In this document: piece by piece, positions 33,577 through 46,866 of the stretch
How the letters are laid out: each line of letters begins with the position of its first letter
Numbering within the stretch: the stretch's first letter is position 1
Assembly: GCF_000143415.4 (NCBI RefSeq)
Contig: NW_003314271.1
Location: 2,795,729-2,859,728 of the forward strand
DNA length: 64,000 nucleotides
Reading direction: 5' to 3'
From: Selaginella moellendorffii
Taxonomy: Eukaryota; Plantae; Lycopodiophyta
The notes under the pieces: generated by a model
What the model was told of the DNA's origin: nothing
The model's database searches: none
What the model saw: only the letters and a program-made list of their open reading frames with translations
Program-made: the position numbers and the translations under genes

Positions 33577-34629
33577 TGTAGCGCACTTTATTTCTCTCCC
33601 TTTAAGCCAACTGGAAAAGGGGCAATTGTTTGATGAGAGAGCCTTTAATGGCTATTTTATCGCTATTTATCCCCCAAGGTTCCAAGGATCCATGGTGACA
33701 GTATATCCAAATCTCATCCCATGATCACATACACTACACTCACCCCCCCTTTAGGTGACAGTATATCCAAATCTCATCCTATGATCACATACGCTACAAT
33801 CACATGCGCTACACTCACCCCCCTTCAAGTGACAGTATATCCAAATCTCATCCCATGATCATATACGCTACACTCACCCCCGTTACACTCACCCCCCCAG
33901 GTGACAATATATCCAAATCTCATCCCATAATCACATACGCTACAATCACCCCTGCTACAATCACCCCCCCTTCTCGGAACCAGCACTTCCATTTCCGCAC
34001 TCAATCTACCAATCCTTCCATTGTGTAGATTAGCTATTCCATATGAGGCAATTAGTCATCCACCCGTACCGCAGTCCCACGGTGGATACCTTCGTCACCC
34101 CCGCTACACTCACCCCCCCTTCAGATGACAATATATCCAAGTCTCATCCCATGATCACATACGCTACACTCACCCCCCCCTTCTGGGAACCAGCACCTCC
34201 ATTTTCGCACTCAATCTACCAATCTTTCCATTGTGTAGATTAGCTATTCCATATGAGGCAACTAGTCATCCACCCGTACCGCAGTCCCACGGTGGATACC
34301 TTCGTCTGTGGATACTTCACACAAGAGGAAGGACGTACGTATGCATGTCCAATATGTACGATTTCAAATTTAGGGGTAGGAATATACTTTGCTCAAGGGT
34401 ATATTATATTTTTAAATAGTCACTAATCAATGGGATTCGAACCCGTGCCATTTGCTCTGATACCAATTGTAGCACACTTTATTTCTCTTATCTTAAGCCA
34501 ACTGGAAAAGGGGCAATTGTTTGATGAGAGAGCCCTTAGTGGCTATTTTATCCTTATTTATCCCCCAAGGTTCCAAGGATCCACGGTGACAGTATATCCA
34601 AATCTTATCCCATGATCACATGTGCTACA
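33577..34629 (-). mobile_element. TRIM with 162-bp LTRs (33577-33738, 34468-34629)
   Basis: PBS tggtatcagagc next to 34468; PPT next to 33738; TSD GAAAG/AAAAG (4 of 5); no ORF. Confidence 0.9.
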
Positions 34630-34826
34630 AAAAGGATAAAGTGGAAGGCAATTGTTTTTGTTGTCAAAAGGTTGGACATCAAGGTAAGGATTGTCCTCTT
34701 ATGAAGGAATCCAAGAATGCTAAGGTGAATGTAGTGAAATCCATCATAAATACAACTTAAGCATTCACTGAAATGGTTTTTCCATATCTTGTGGCGAAAG
34801 TTCAAGAACTTAAATCTTGAGTTTAT

Positions 34827-35563
34827 TGTAAGCAACCAAAGGGGACGACTCGAGAAACGATCCATAAGGGTTCAAATATGAGGGAAAGAGCCTATGAATA
34901 AGAGTGCACCCCCTTTTCCAATCGGTTAAGAGTTTTAGGATACTTGGGGTTAAGCGTCCTTGGGTTTAAATAATACTGGGCTGGGTGACCTTCCAGGAAG
35001 TCTAAACTCAAGAGCTTATATTTGGTATTAGAGGATTCTTGGGTCTGACTTTGTTGGTTGGCTAGGGGAATCATACCACATGTTGATTGACATCTGTCTG
35101 GTCCAATTTGCTCCCGCTGGGCTCAGGTCGACGGGGCTCTCGGGAGAGCTACGAATACCACATGTTGATTGACATCTGTCTGGTCCAATTTGCTCCCGCT
35201 GGGCTCAGGTCGACGGGGCTCTCGGGAGAGCTACGAATACCACATGTTGATTGACATCTGTCTGGTCCAATTTGCTCCCGCTGGGCTCAGGTCGACGGGG
35301 CTCTCGGGAGAGCTACGGCTCTCAGCTTCCGTTCACGAGGGTGTGAACTTGCAGGGAAGCGTGGTGGATTGTAAGCAACCAAAAGGAACGATTTGAGAAA
35401 CGATCCATAGGGGTTCAAATATGAGGGAAAGAGCCCATGAATAAGAGTGCAACCCTTTTTTCAATTGGTTAAGGGTCTTGGGATACTTGGGGTTAAGCGT
35501 CCTTGGGTTTGAATAGTACTGGGTTGGGTGACCTCCCAGGAAGTCCAAACTCAGGAGCTTACA
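34827..35563 (+). mobile_element. Cassandra TRIM, 194-bp LTRs (34827-35020, 35370-35563) with 5S rRNA-derived segment
   Basis: gttaagcgtccttggg..tagtactgggttgggtgacctcccaggaagtcc (35492-35546) matches the internal promoter half of plant 5S rRNA; degenerate PBS-Met; TSD TTTAT/TTCAT. Confidence 0.92.
35073..35317. repeat. Three perfect 82-bp tandem repeats in Cassandra interior
   Basis: Unit starts ataccacatg at 35073, 35155 and 35237. Confidence 0.95.
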
Positions 35564-38002
35564 TTCATATCAACTCTATAAAGTTTAATGGTTCTATGTG
35601 TAATCAACTTGTGAAGACTAAAGTGGACATTCAAGGTAGTGCAATTAGTATTCTTTCAAAGGGGATATTCAAAGTAGTGCAATTAGTATTCTTTTCAATC
35701 TAAGTGTTATATATAACTTTTTGAGTTCTAAGGTGGTGAAAAAACTTGGTTTGCCTATGGAAAAGAGCTCAATAATCTATGAGGTGGTTATAGCATATGG
35801 ATGTAACACTCATATTTACAATGAATGAGCTCTAAATGTTATTTTGACTATTCAAGGGATTTTTGACCATCCTTTATTCCAGTTTATGTGTTTTGGTCAC
35901 ATAGATGTTATTCTTAGGAAGGAATGGTTTTATAACATGAAGTTAGGGATCGATTGGGAGTATAATATTCTACATATTGAAGTTGGTGGCATTGTGAAAC
36001 AGATTTTCGAGACAGACAATAGTGATACTCCATTGATTAATGCTTTAGAATTGGTGACATGCACGCATAAGATAACTAACTCTTTTGTGTTGTACCTGTT
36101 TCTTTCTAATATAATCATGTTTGATTTGGAGTATATTCATGGGCATAGGGCTTATATGAACTGCATTCAAGAGGAGTTCCATAACATTTTTCAAAATGAA
36201 TTGCCTTATGGTTTGCCTTCTGAACATGGAATTGGTTTTTGGAACTACTCTTTATCAGTGCCAACAAATTCATACTAATCCCATTAAAGATGAGGAGATT
36301 AATAGGTAACTTGTTAATTACCTTTAGAAAGTGTGGTTACGGATAAATAAGTCTCTTTGGGCTGCTCCAATAATGATGATCAAGAAGAAAGATGGTATAT
36401 AGCATTTTTGTGTGAATTATAGGGGTTGAATATATTCCCAATTCCTCATATTGATAATTTCCTTGATCATCTTCATGGTGTTTGATATTTTTTAAAGATT
36501 GATTTAAGGAAAATGTATCATCAGATTTATATCAAGCTGGAAGATGTTCTGAAAACTGCATTCCATATGAAGATGGGTCACTACAAGTTTTTGGTGATGC
36601 CATTTGGTTTGACAAATGCTTCTATAATGTTTTAAAGGTTGATGAATCAAATTTTACAGTTTTACAAGGAAAGTTTACAATTGATTATTTTGATGATATT
36701 TTGGTGTTCAACTCTTTATGGAGGAACATGAGATGCATATATGAAGTGTTTTGCAACTTTTAAGGGACAATAAGCTTTACTCAAAGTTATCTAAGGGTGA
36801 CTTTTTCTTAGAGGAGATTGGATATTTTGGGCATTTAATTTCAATGCATGGAATGAGAGTTGATCCCACAAAAGATCCAGGTCATAGTTAATTGGCCTCA
36901 TGTAAACCTTTATAGTAGTGATATAGGCATTGCTCGTAGTGTTGCTAGATTAATGATCAAATCATTATGATATTTATATTATATTTACGTAGTCGTGAGC
37001 AATGTGTTTACAACATTGTTTAGTCAAATAATAATCAACCCCAAAGTGGTTGATAGTGATGCTAGTCTATTTGCAACAAGTAGCATTGAAATAACTTTGA
37101 TTAAGTTCTCAATAGTGATCTATTATGCTAAGTTTAAATTGGTACTTTAATTATTTGAGAATTGCCCATTGAGTTTTGAGAAGGTTATAGCATTTATTTG
37201 TTGTAGTTTGTCGATGGATCAATTAGCACTTAGATTAGATTATTGGATGGAAAAAGTGTGTAATTAAGACATTAATATTGCTAACACTTGTGTTAGTGGA
37301 AGTGACATTGTTATATCAAATAATGAGTTGTCCTTAGAAGTTGATTTTTCATGTTAGTTTTTTTCTTGTTAGTGTTTTAGCTTCATACTACATCTTGAAG
37401 ATGAATGAAAAAGAGTGTTAGTGCAATATGGATATCCGAAGAAATAGTCTTTATAATTGAGTCTTAAGAATTTATTTGCATTTTACAAATGTCAGTCAAA
37501 ACTATAGGCATGATGTTCAATGTTTAAGCATACTAGTAGGTTATGAGAATTTATGTTGAGGTGAATCTTTGTGAAATTGTAGGTAAAAAGTTGATTAAGT
37601 CTTGAAAGTTTGTATTTCTAGACTGAGAGTTATTTTTTTCTAAGATGGAAAATTTTTCTACAAATTTTCTTAAACTTTTCCAATGGCTGATCTATTAATT
37701 ATTTTGTTTGAAAACCATTTCATTTTTATAAGTCATTGCAAGCTAGTTGAAATGGGTTAGAATTGACTTCTATTGACTTAATCCTTAGTAGTTAATTTGT
37801 ATGATGTGGTTTGAAAGAGATATTGACTTTCGGGGATAAAGATAATTAAGTTGGATAGAATTTGGTATTGACATAGAAAAGTGGCTATTACACTTTTTTA
37901 GAAATGTGATTTTTGTGCCTTTCTTCTATAATGTTATGCTTGGTGGTAAGTAACACCTTACATTTCGTTAAACTTTTATGAGAGTAGTGAGTTATCACTA
38001 AT

Positions 38003-38555
38003 TGTTATGAATGTGATTATGAGTATCAAAAGTTACCTCTCAACTAGTCTTTTCAAATATTCTTTCTTTACTTTCACGATGGCAGAAGATCGGTATTACT
38101 ATTTCTTTTTTCAGCCCCTTTTGTTTAAGTGTTAGTAAATTGGGCTTAGCATCTAAACTTAGTCAGATGAACATAAGGTAGAAACTCCTATGTGTTTCTT
38201 GTTGAGCATACTTGGTTTGGCTTTTAATTCTTTTTTGCTCAGTCTTGCACTAATTTGACAACATCTCATATGTATTAAAACTAATCCCTCAATATTGCTA
38301 AATGATAGTTTATCGTGCATGCCAAACTCCCTTGTGTTAGTCCCATCTAGTCCCATTGGCTATTTATAGAAAGTGTCTAGATTTGCTAGTTTGGCATATT
38401 TATGGAATGTAGAGATTGTCCTAAGTATGATGGTGTTATTCCTGTGTCTAAATTTGCAATCTAGAGCCATTCTATATTTAGTAAATTTCATGATTATCCT
38501 AGAAACTAACTCTTAGTAATAAAGGTGAAAGCTCAAAGCATGCATTCCTCAAGGT
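38003..38555 (+). mobile_element. Degenerate 5' part of a family-B LTR
   Basis: Colinear with reverse complement of about 23230-23804. Confidence 0.8.
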
Positions 38556-40469
38556 TTTATATAAGGCCATATAATTGTTTGAAAGGGAAAAAAAAAACTG
38601 TTGACATAAGCTTGTTGCATATAAAAAAAAGGCTTGGTTTTTTTCTAAAATACATTCTTGAGAGGTTTATCATAGCATATTGTATAGAATTTATGGATCT
38701 TTACTCACACTCTTATTCAAAGAGAGGGAAATATATACAAATGTTTGTGGGTTTTAATGCTGGTAATTTTAACTCTTGCAACCTTTCTTTCAGGGTTTAA
38801 GAGTTAAAAGATGCAATAGTTATCCCATTGCATAGCATAACTAAACCACACAACAGAAAGAAAAAAGAGAGAGTGAAGATAATGATCATGAGTTGGAGAT
38901 AAATACAATGATAGAGGGTGCAACAAATTGGGTGAAAAAGAATGCTTTCTTACTTATTTAAAAAAATTGCAATTCTGTGACTTTCAAGAAATACCCTATA
39001 TATTTTTAGTTCATAACCCATTAGCATCTTATTGGCCACTAGTTTTTTTGTTTTATCCTTTGATTGTTGCACTAAGCAACATAAAATCATTACTTCCATC
39101 CTTGAGATATCTTTTTAGTTCCGTAGCAAAAGCTCTACTTTGCCAAATCTAGAGAGTGTTCACCCTTAGTAAATTTATTTAGCATTTCTTGTTGTAGGTT
39201 TTATTTATGGCCTAACCTTGCGACCCTTCCATGGGTCCTTCTTTAGAAATTACTTTCTTGGACTCATAATACTATTGCATTGTTACAGTTTATTATTTTA
39301 GGTGTCTTTCCCACTTGGTCACTTTGACTAAGTTATACCACACCATTTGTTCAAATCACTACTTTAAACAAGGAATACCATTCATTAATCCACTAAAGAG
39401 TTTTTCCTTGATTATCAATCATAACATATAAACATCTAAATGGGTTTACCAATAGATACTAAATTTACCAAACCTTTAAATTGTTGACCATGACCCCGGG
39501 GGCATCCCCCACACTTAGCACAAGCCAAAGGTTGATAACAATTGAGATTTTGTATCCATCTCATTCACCAAGTCCTTAATGCCACTTACACACAAAATAT
39601 TTTAATTGTGCATCATGACTTTGGGGCATTCTCTTATTTGGCGGTGTACCCAAGTCAGCCTCCTTATTAAGAGTCTATGACCACCGAAAAATGAGTGTTC
39701 TCATATTCCAAACTATCACCAAGCCCTAGTAAGTTGGGTCCTTAGTATTTTAAAGTGCTTATATGTTGCAATGATGGATTTCCTAGGTAATGAATATTTT
39801 CTATTATGACACTGACCCATTATATTGCAACATAAGCACATTATCCCTTATGGGAGATGACTAACTTTCTTTTTATCCTATTAAGAAGTATCAAAAAGTT
39901 AGCTCTCTATTTCAATCATTTACTCAAACTTTTTTTTTAGTTACCTCATAATTATCATATTCTACAATTCATTGTCAGTGTTTCCACACCTCATCTATAT
40001 TTGGTATACACACTTGAATCCCATGTTTACCAGCTTGGGATATACCAATCCTATTTTCATTGGGGTTTCTTTGGAAAGGGGTTCTTATGAACTAACCAAC
40101 TTGACCTTAAAGCATTATCCCTTGAAACATTTTGTATCTTCACACCATTGGCTCTATGAATTTATCCTCACCACACATCCTACTTGTGTCTAGATATTTG
40201 CCCAGACCAAAGCAATCACTTCTTATGCCAATTATCAATTAGCACTGCTTCATAGTATTTATACACAACTTTTTGCCGAAGTTGCTTTATTCCACAAACA
40301 CCTTTTCACAACTTTTCACCATCAATAAGATACCCACTATTCTCATACTTAGAACTCATGATCCTCCCAATCTTTCATTAGATATAACATATCTCCATCT
40401 AAATGGGATTCCTCCAAGCTTTTGTGACCATCCCTTGACTCTACAAAAACATCTAAAGTTTGGATTTTG

Positions 40470-41697
40470 TGTAAGTAACTAAATTTTCCATTCCCCTTTA
40501 GTCACTTAACCACACTTTTGACCACTTGGAGGAGTTTCACTCACAACCTTCATAAGTCTTATTCCTAATTTAGGGACATACTAGACCCATAAATGGCATC
40601 TATACCACTCAGCTTTTGTACTTGGTCCATGTGCTCCACGTATTTAATCCCACAATAGACACTCAAAGGTACCACTAATATATTAGCCCGTCACGCTAAG
40701 GCTATATCCATTTAGCTTTGTCTTGTGGGTAATTCAAGACCACTTATTCTATAGACTCGTTTCCCAAAGACTAAGCCATCCATCTATGAGTGGTCATCCC
40801 TTGACCACACTTTAGCATCCTTAGGATGCCTGGAGACCCTTCCTTAATATCCCTTCTTTGTTCCCCACTAAGTCCCTTTTTGTCCATAGTCGTGCTTGTT
40901 AGCACCACCATTGGGTCAAGGTTCAAAGGCCCAACCAGTAAGTCTCATTGACCTTTAAGACTTCTTTGCCATATGACTGTATCCTTGGTCAGTATACAAG
41001 AGGACTACTCTTTTTTTTTTCACAATCCGAGACTTTGAGATGACATTTCGAAACATTGTGGCCCAACACAAGTCTTGTGGGTACTCTCCCCACCTTCTGC
41101 CTTTGGGTGCTGTAGCTATGTGGCTAGAGCAAGATTTTGATGAGCCATACTAGGTATCCAAGTAAGTAGTGCCACCCACACTTGGATTGGGAGCACCAAC
41201 CATTTGATCTTCCAAGGGAGCTAGAGCTCTTAAACACTTCACCAACTCAAACTCGGCCTTGGTCTTGGCCTTGATCTCAATCTTAGCCTTGGTCTTGGTT
41301 TTAGTTTTGGTCTTTGTCTCGATCCCCATTTCACACTCCATCTTGAATTCCTTCTCAGGCTCCATCTTGGAGTCCTTCTCACACTCCATCTTGGACTCTT
41401 TATTAGACTCCTTTTTGGACTTCATTTCAGACTCCTTCTCAGACTTGATTTCGACACTTCCATATGTCATGACACTTGCCAGATGTTAGTCCCTCTTGTG
41501 TACCTTTTTAGAGACTTGTTCACCAATTGCTTCATACTCATTCCTTGAACTTTTTGTTTGGAGTTTTACTCCCACTCTCAACTTTCCAAGTTAAAACTTT
41601 TGGTCCAAAATATTACGTTTGTTGGACTTCCACTTCGACCACTACTATGTGGCACCCTTTTGCCTCCACTTTGGGGTTTAGGGATTTGTGTCTCACA
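40470..41697 (-). mobile_element. Degenerate solo LTR, family C, with internal deletion
   Basis: Reverse match to 16879-18544; TG..CA; flanks TTTTG/CTTTA. Confidence 0.85.
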
Positions 41698-42410
41698 CTT
41701 TACTAATCTGATATTTTATAAGGTTCTAGCTTCATGGTTACTTTTGAGGTGCCACCACACTTAAATACAACTTTTTATATTCACATCATATTCACAATGA
41801 CTGTCTTTGCAAATGTTATTCTGACACTTCATTATCCTTTATTCTATGTGGGTTATGTGGGCACTTTAGAACTATGCTTCCATATGATGAGAACATCTAT
41901 TCATCCTTTGAATACACCCCCCAACTCCTAGTTGTTCTAGCCTTTATTAAGAGTGGCCCTAGATACTATTTCAAGGACATATGTCCTTATCTGTATTTGA
42001 CCTCTTATAGTCATTAACTCTAATATTAAATTCATGAGCACCATCCTTAACCATATGAGGATAATCTTGTGACTCTTTTATTGTTTTGAAGTTTTTATCT
42101 TTCCCATAATCCCAACTATAGTTGTTTACCACAACCACATTACCCAGTTTGCTTAGTCAAATACTTATATAGATCACATTCTCAACTCTCTAAAGGAAAT
42201 CTTTTACTATTCCTAAGACCCCAAAATCATTCTCTTATTGGCCCTTTTCTATCCACAACATTACTCACATGTTTGCATATGAACTCAAGTTGAGAGTCAT
42301 GCTACTCCTCAAGGATAAACACACCTTAAGACCTTCTGATGCTAATATTAAATGGTGATATACTTAACAACTAATAAAAGTTAAAATAAAGAACAGCTCC
42401 AATACCAAGT

Positions 42411-43907
42411 TGTAAGTGACTAAATTTTTTATTCTACTTTTTAGAGGAGTTTCACTCACAACCTTCATAAATCCTATTTGCAACTTGGGGACATGCTAGC
42501 CTCGTGAATGGCATCTATGCCATCTAGCCTTTGCATTTGGTCCAAGTGCTTCAAGTGTCCGATCCCATAACAGATACCCCAAAAGTATCACTGATATTTC
42601 AGCCCATTACACTAAGGCCATATCCATTTACCCTTATCTCATTGATACTCTAGGACCACTTGTGCCATAATCCCATCTCTCAAAGACTGAGCTATATGTC
42701 CATGAGTGGTCATTCTAGGACCACACCTTTACATCCTTAGGATGTTCAAAGACATGGGGAGCACCCTATCCCTTCTTTAAACCCCTCCAAGTCCCTCTTC
42801 ATCCACAGCTATGCTTGCCAACACCGCCACTCAACCAAAGCTTAAAGGCTCGACCACTAATTCTCACTATCCTTTGACTTCTTCACCACATGATCATGCC
42901 TTTAGTCACTATGCAAGAAGACTGCTCTTCTTCCTTTCTATAATCTAGGACTTTGGGATAACCTTTCAAAACACTATGGCCTTATATGAGCTTTGTGGTA
43001 CTCTCCCTACCTTCCACCTTTAGGTGCCCTAGCCATATGGCTAATTTGAGGTTCCAATGAGCCATGCTAAGTATCTAAGTAGGTAGTGCCACCTATACTT
43101 GGACTAAGAGCATTGAGCATTTGATTTCCCGAGAAAACTAAAGTTGGCTCTTGAACATTTCACCAAGTTATCTCATTTATCTATTTGTATTCACTTTAGT
43201 CTTGGACTCCTTAATGGTTATATCATCACCTAACATATGGGTATAGCCTTCCTAGGTCACACTAGCCTTTCCTAGCTAAACTCCAAACTTATTCCATTAG
43301 AGTTCAACCCCCATACTCTCACTACTATACTTTTGGAACCCCCCACAACCTAACATCCTTTGGTAAAACAAAACTTGATCATGGGACTTCTAAATTCCAA
43401 ACTTTAGGTGCATCTCTTGCCTGGAGACCCCAGAAGAGAACACTATGACCTAATGGTTGGGTATAAGTACCCTTATTCCCCCACTTTTGTCCCAAAGGGA
43501 AGGCCCAACCCCCTAGGAAGGAGCGAGGACCAATGAGCCATATGGTATTTAAATGGGGCACTAGTCCACATAAGCTAGGAGCACCACAATTGATTTCCCT
43601 TCAAGGAGTGGGAGCTACTCTTGAGTGTTTCCTTGGGTGGCCTCTTTACCACCATTTGACCTATATTAATAATCAGACTTAGTCTTGGACTTAATCTTAT
43701 ATTTAGCTTTAGACTCAGACTCCAACTCAGTCTCGGACCCAATCTTGGATCTTGGACCTTAGTCTCAGACTTAGTCTTGAATTTGGTCTTGGAGTCTGTC
43801 TCGGACTCGATCTTGAATTTAGTCTTATCTAATGAACTCTTTATTATTTCAGTCGTCATTTCAAGGATCCTTTAGCTTGCAATACCTTGAGGAGTTGATT
43901 CCTTATA
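42411..43907 (-). mobile_element. Chimeric 5' LTR (family-A start, family-C end) of a decayed element extending left to about 39480
   Basis: Degenerate PBS tggtattggagc left of 42411; 39480-39730 resembles the 3' UTR of element 1. Confidence 0.75.
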
Positions 43908-46578
43908 TTGATTTTTGTTGGACAAGTATATAACTCAATGATGAAAGTTTCATATTTTGGTCTTGTGAAGGCAAGTTGAAAAGTGATTGTTGATTGCTTT
44001 GCAACTAGTGATTGTTTGTAATCTTCATTAAGGATTTGACACTTGTTTCACTCAATGATGATTTAGCAATGATAAGTTTGTTTTACCAAATGGTATTGTG
44101 AAGGATTGTATCGTTATCTTTACATGGTTTTCTATATTGGCATGATAATTCTACCTATATCAATATCATTTGGTTATGTTTAATCTGTGGTATTAGATTC
44201 TATTGAGTTTTGGTGATTCACTCCTTAATGGAGTGTTATTTATAGTTAAGTATTGTTAAAAGATTGGTTTTGGATACTAAACAAAGTATCTTCAACTTTG
44301 GTTAATTTGGTTGTTAAAGAGCTTTGAATGGTAATTCACTTTTTCTTTCTTCTAGTTTTATTTTGGTATTTATGGCATTGAAATGATGCTTTGTTGTTGA
44401 TATTATTAATATTCAGATTAAAATGGAATAAGATGTCTCTCCATAAGATTAATATTAAATTTTATTAGTCTCAATGCAAATAATATTAATGATTTACCTA
44501 TGTGAGGTCCAAGTGTACAACTATGATGCCATATACTAATCTTAGTGTAGTAGGATTTTGGTAGTTGTTGGATTGGTTTCAATTTAGACCATTCACTCCT
44601 ATATATAAACTAAAGTTTTTGGGTTAATTGATATGCACATTTTTTGTATTCCCTTTCTATATTCCATACACTCACATTGGTGGAGGTGAGGGGCACCTTT
44701 GATTATCCCTGAGGAGTGCTTGGACTTGGGATTTTGGTTTAGCTCTAACTTTTGCATTGTCTAGATCTACCTTTTTCATTTCCTTTCTTTTATTCTTTTC
44801 TTTCAGGATTTTGGTTTAGATCTAGCTTTTGCATTATCTAGATTTCTCTTTCCTTCTAGCTTTTTTTCATATCTTTTCTTTTACTCTTTCCTTTTCATTC
44901 ATCTTCATAGCAGATAAGTAGTCTCTTTTTCCTTTGACTCTGGAGTAATAGTTGGTACAATTGTTTGATGCTATGTGATTGCAATTGAACAACCAAACTC
45001 AGTTGATGGTAGCATTCTCGGCATGTGGTATAACTCCTCTTGCTCTTGGTGCCAATCCTCGCATTTGGCCGAAGTTCTTTCACAAGAATCCTGAGGATGA
45101 TATATACCATTGGTTCAATCACTTCATGGTGATTGCCACATATCATTTTTAAGATGATGCTCAACGTTTGCATGAGTTTCCTATGTGTCTTCAAGAGATG
45201 GCATTGCAGTGGTACAATAGTTTGAGCGCAACCACTCGTGGGGATTGGAGTGTTCTTCTGAACGTTTTCAAATGCACATTCGGATATGCCGACGATTGTG
45301 ATGATGCTTTCCAACAATTGTATCATCTTCATTAAGGGCCATCTGATTTGGTGATGCAATTTAGTGTTTGTTTCCAAAGCCTCTTGCTTCGTGTGGAGCC
45401 AAATATGTCGGAGCGGATCATGTTAGGAATGTTGTGGCCAGCACTTTGTCAAGATCTTGTCAATCTTGTGTATGCACTTGCTCCCACCACCCTTAACAAT
45501 GCTCCTCGCTTGGCATAACATTATAAAACATCACCTCTTCCATTTCTTGCTGCACGTTCTTCAACTCCACTTCCTATGGGTGATAGTCCTATTTCAATGA
45601 AGGTTGATGCTGCTATTGCTTGAGTCTAAGGACAAGGGTGAGGACGTGGTCATGGCTGTGATGTTCGCTGCTGGGTGTATGATGACGTTGGTCACACTTA
45701 TCAGTGTTATCGGCATTTTCCAAATTGGCGGCCACCATTTCCTGAGTGGAGACCTTGGCGTCAACAACGTCCTATTGGTGTTATTGCAGCAAAAGGTCTG
45801 GACACCAAGATACATCTGGGAAACGAAGAGTCACGCGAGTAACTAAGGGACCTTGTGCGAATAAGTTAGTGACCCCTCCATCTTTCTTTCGAGAGTATTA
45901 TCAAGGGGTTCACTCGCCACCAGTTCATCCAGTGTTTACTTTCTAAGCTTATTTTTATAACAAGTGGTCTCCTATTATTCTCTCCATGCTAGTTTATATA
46001 GGTTCGAGTTTATCTTCTATTGCTTAACCCATTGCCACACGTTGTTGTCTACACTTGTGTCGTGCAGTGGAGCCAGTTTTCATTCTTTATGTCAACAGTT
46101 GTATACATGCATGTGCACAAGATGAGGCGGACCTAGTTGTGCATGTGGGTGATCTCGAGCTTGGGTTGCAATTATCGTAGGTGGTTCCGAGTCAAGCTTT
46201 TAACCTCATCCTTGGTATGGATTGGTTGCAACACAACATGCCAAGTGTGACTTTGAGGCCTCTCTCTTTTGTCTCATACTTCTTTATATTTTATCCATTC
46301 CTCTCACTTCTATACATTTTTGTCCCTCTGCTTCTACCTCTACTTCCATTACTTTTGTCCCTCCACTACTTCCTCCTATGTTTCTGTCTTGTTCCGCTCT
46401 TCCCTTTTTCAATCCCTTCAATAGTCTTTGTGTTGTAGCGGTTAACCGATTCATGAAAGAGTATTCCGATCTCTTTAAATTTGACTTATCATCTGGGGCC
46501 AAGATTGCCACACGTCATCCAATTCCAACTGGGGATGCTCAAAAAATCAAGGTTTCTATTCGTCATCGGTCACCCAAA

Positions 46579-46866
46579 ATGCTTTATTTCGTTAAAGTGG
46601 GACTTATTCAGTAAAGTGGGACATTAATTAGCATGTGTCCACATGCCATTTCCTAGTACTTAATTAATATTTATTAATATTTCTATCAGTTTTTTAATTT
46701 ATTTTTTTATATTTCACAATATTATAACACAAAATCATATGAAAAGTTTTTAATTTATAAATTATAAAGTTAAAACTTCAATTTTTTATTGTTGTTATAA
46801 AAATGGCATGTGGCCACACACCATAAGTGGGATAATGAAAAGTCCCACTTTAACGAAATAAAGCAT
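46579..46866. mobile_element. MITE copy 2, 4-bp TSD CAAA
   Basis: Removing element plus one CAAA restores RT-adjacent frame SPKEIKILRENVKEMLEKG; about 2 substitutions versus copy 1. Confidence 0.92.

Larger units (their letters stand above)
31540..36900 (+). pseudogene. Highly degraded Ty3/gypsy gag-pol hosting a solo LTR and two TRIMs
   Basis: Zinc knuckle GNCFCCQKVGHQGKDCP near 34645; RT motifs [37 protein letters not shown] at 36350-36890; many stops. Confidence 0.8.

Noticed and set aside
35073-35317. Repeat array as CRISPR
   Set aside because: Head-to-tail identical units, no spacers, no cas genes, eukaryotic TRIM context
35492-35546. 5S rRNA gene
   Set aside because: Only the internal promoter half is present, in each LTR; diagnostic of Cassandra
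44895-45377. 160-aa minus-strand ORF
   Set aside because: Antisense to decayed gag; no motifs
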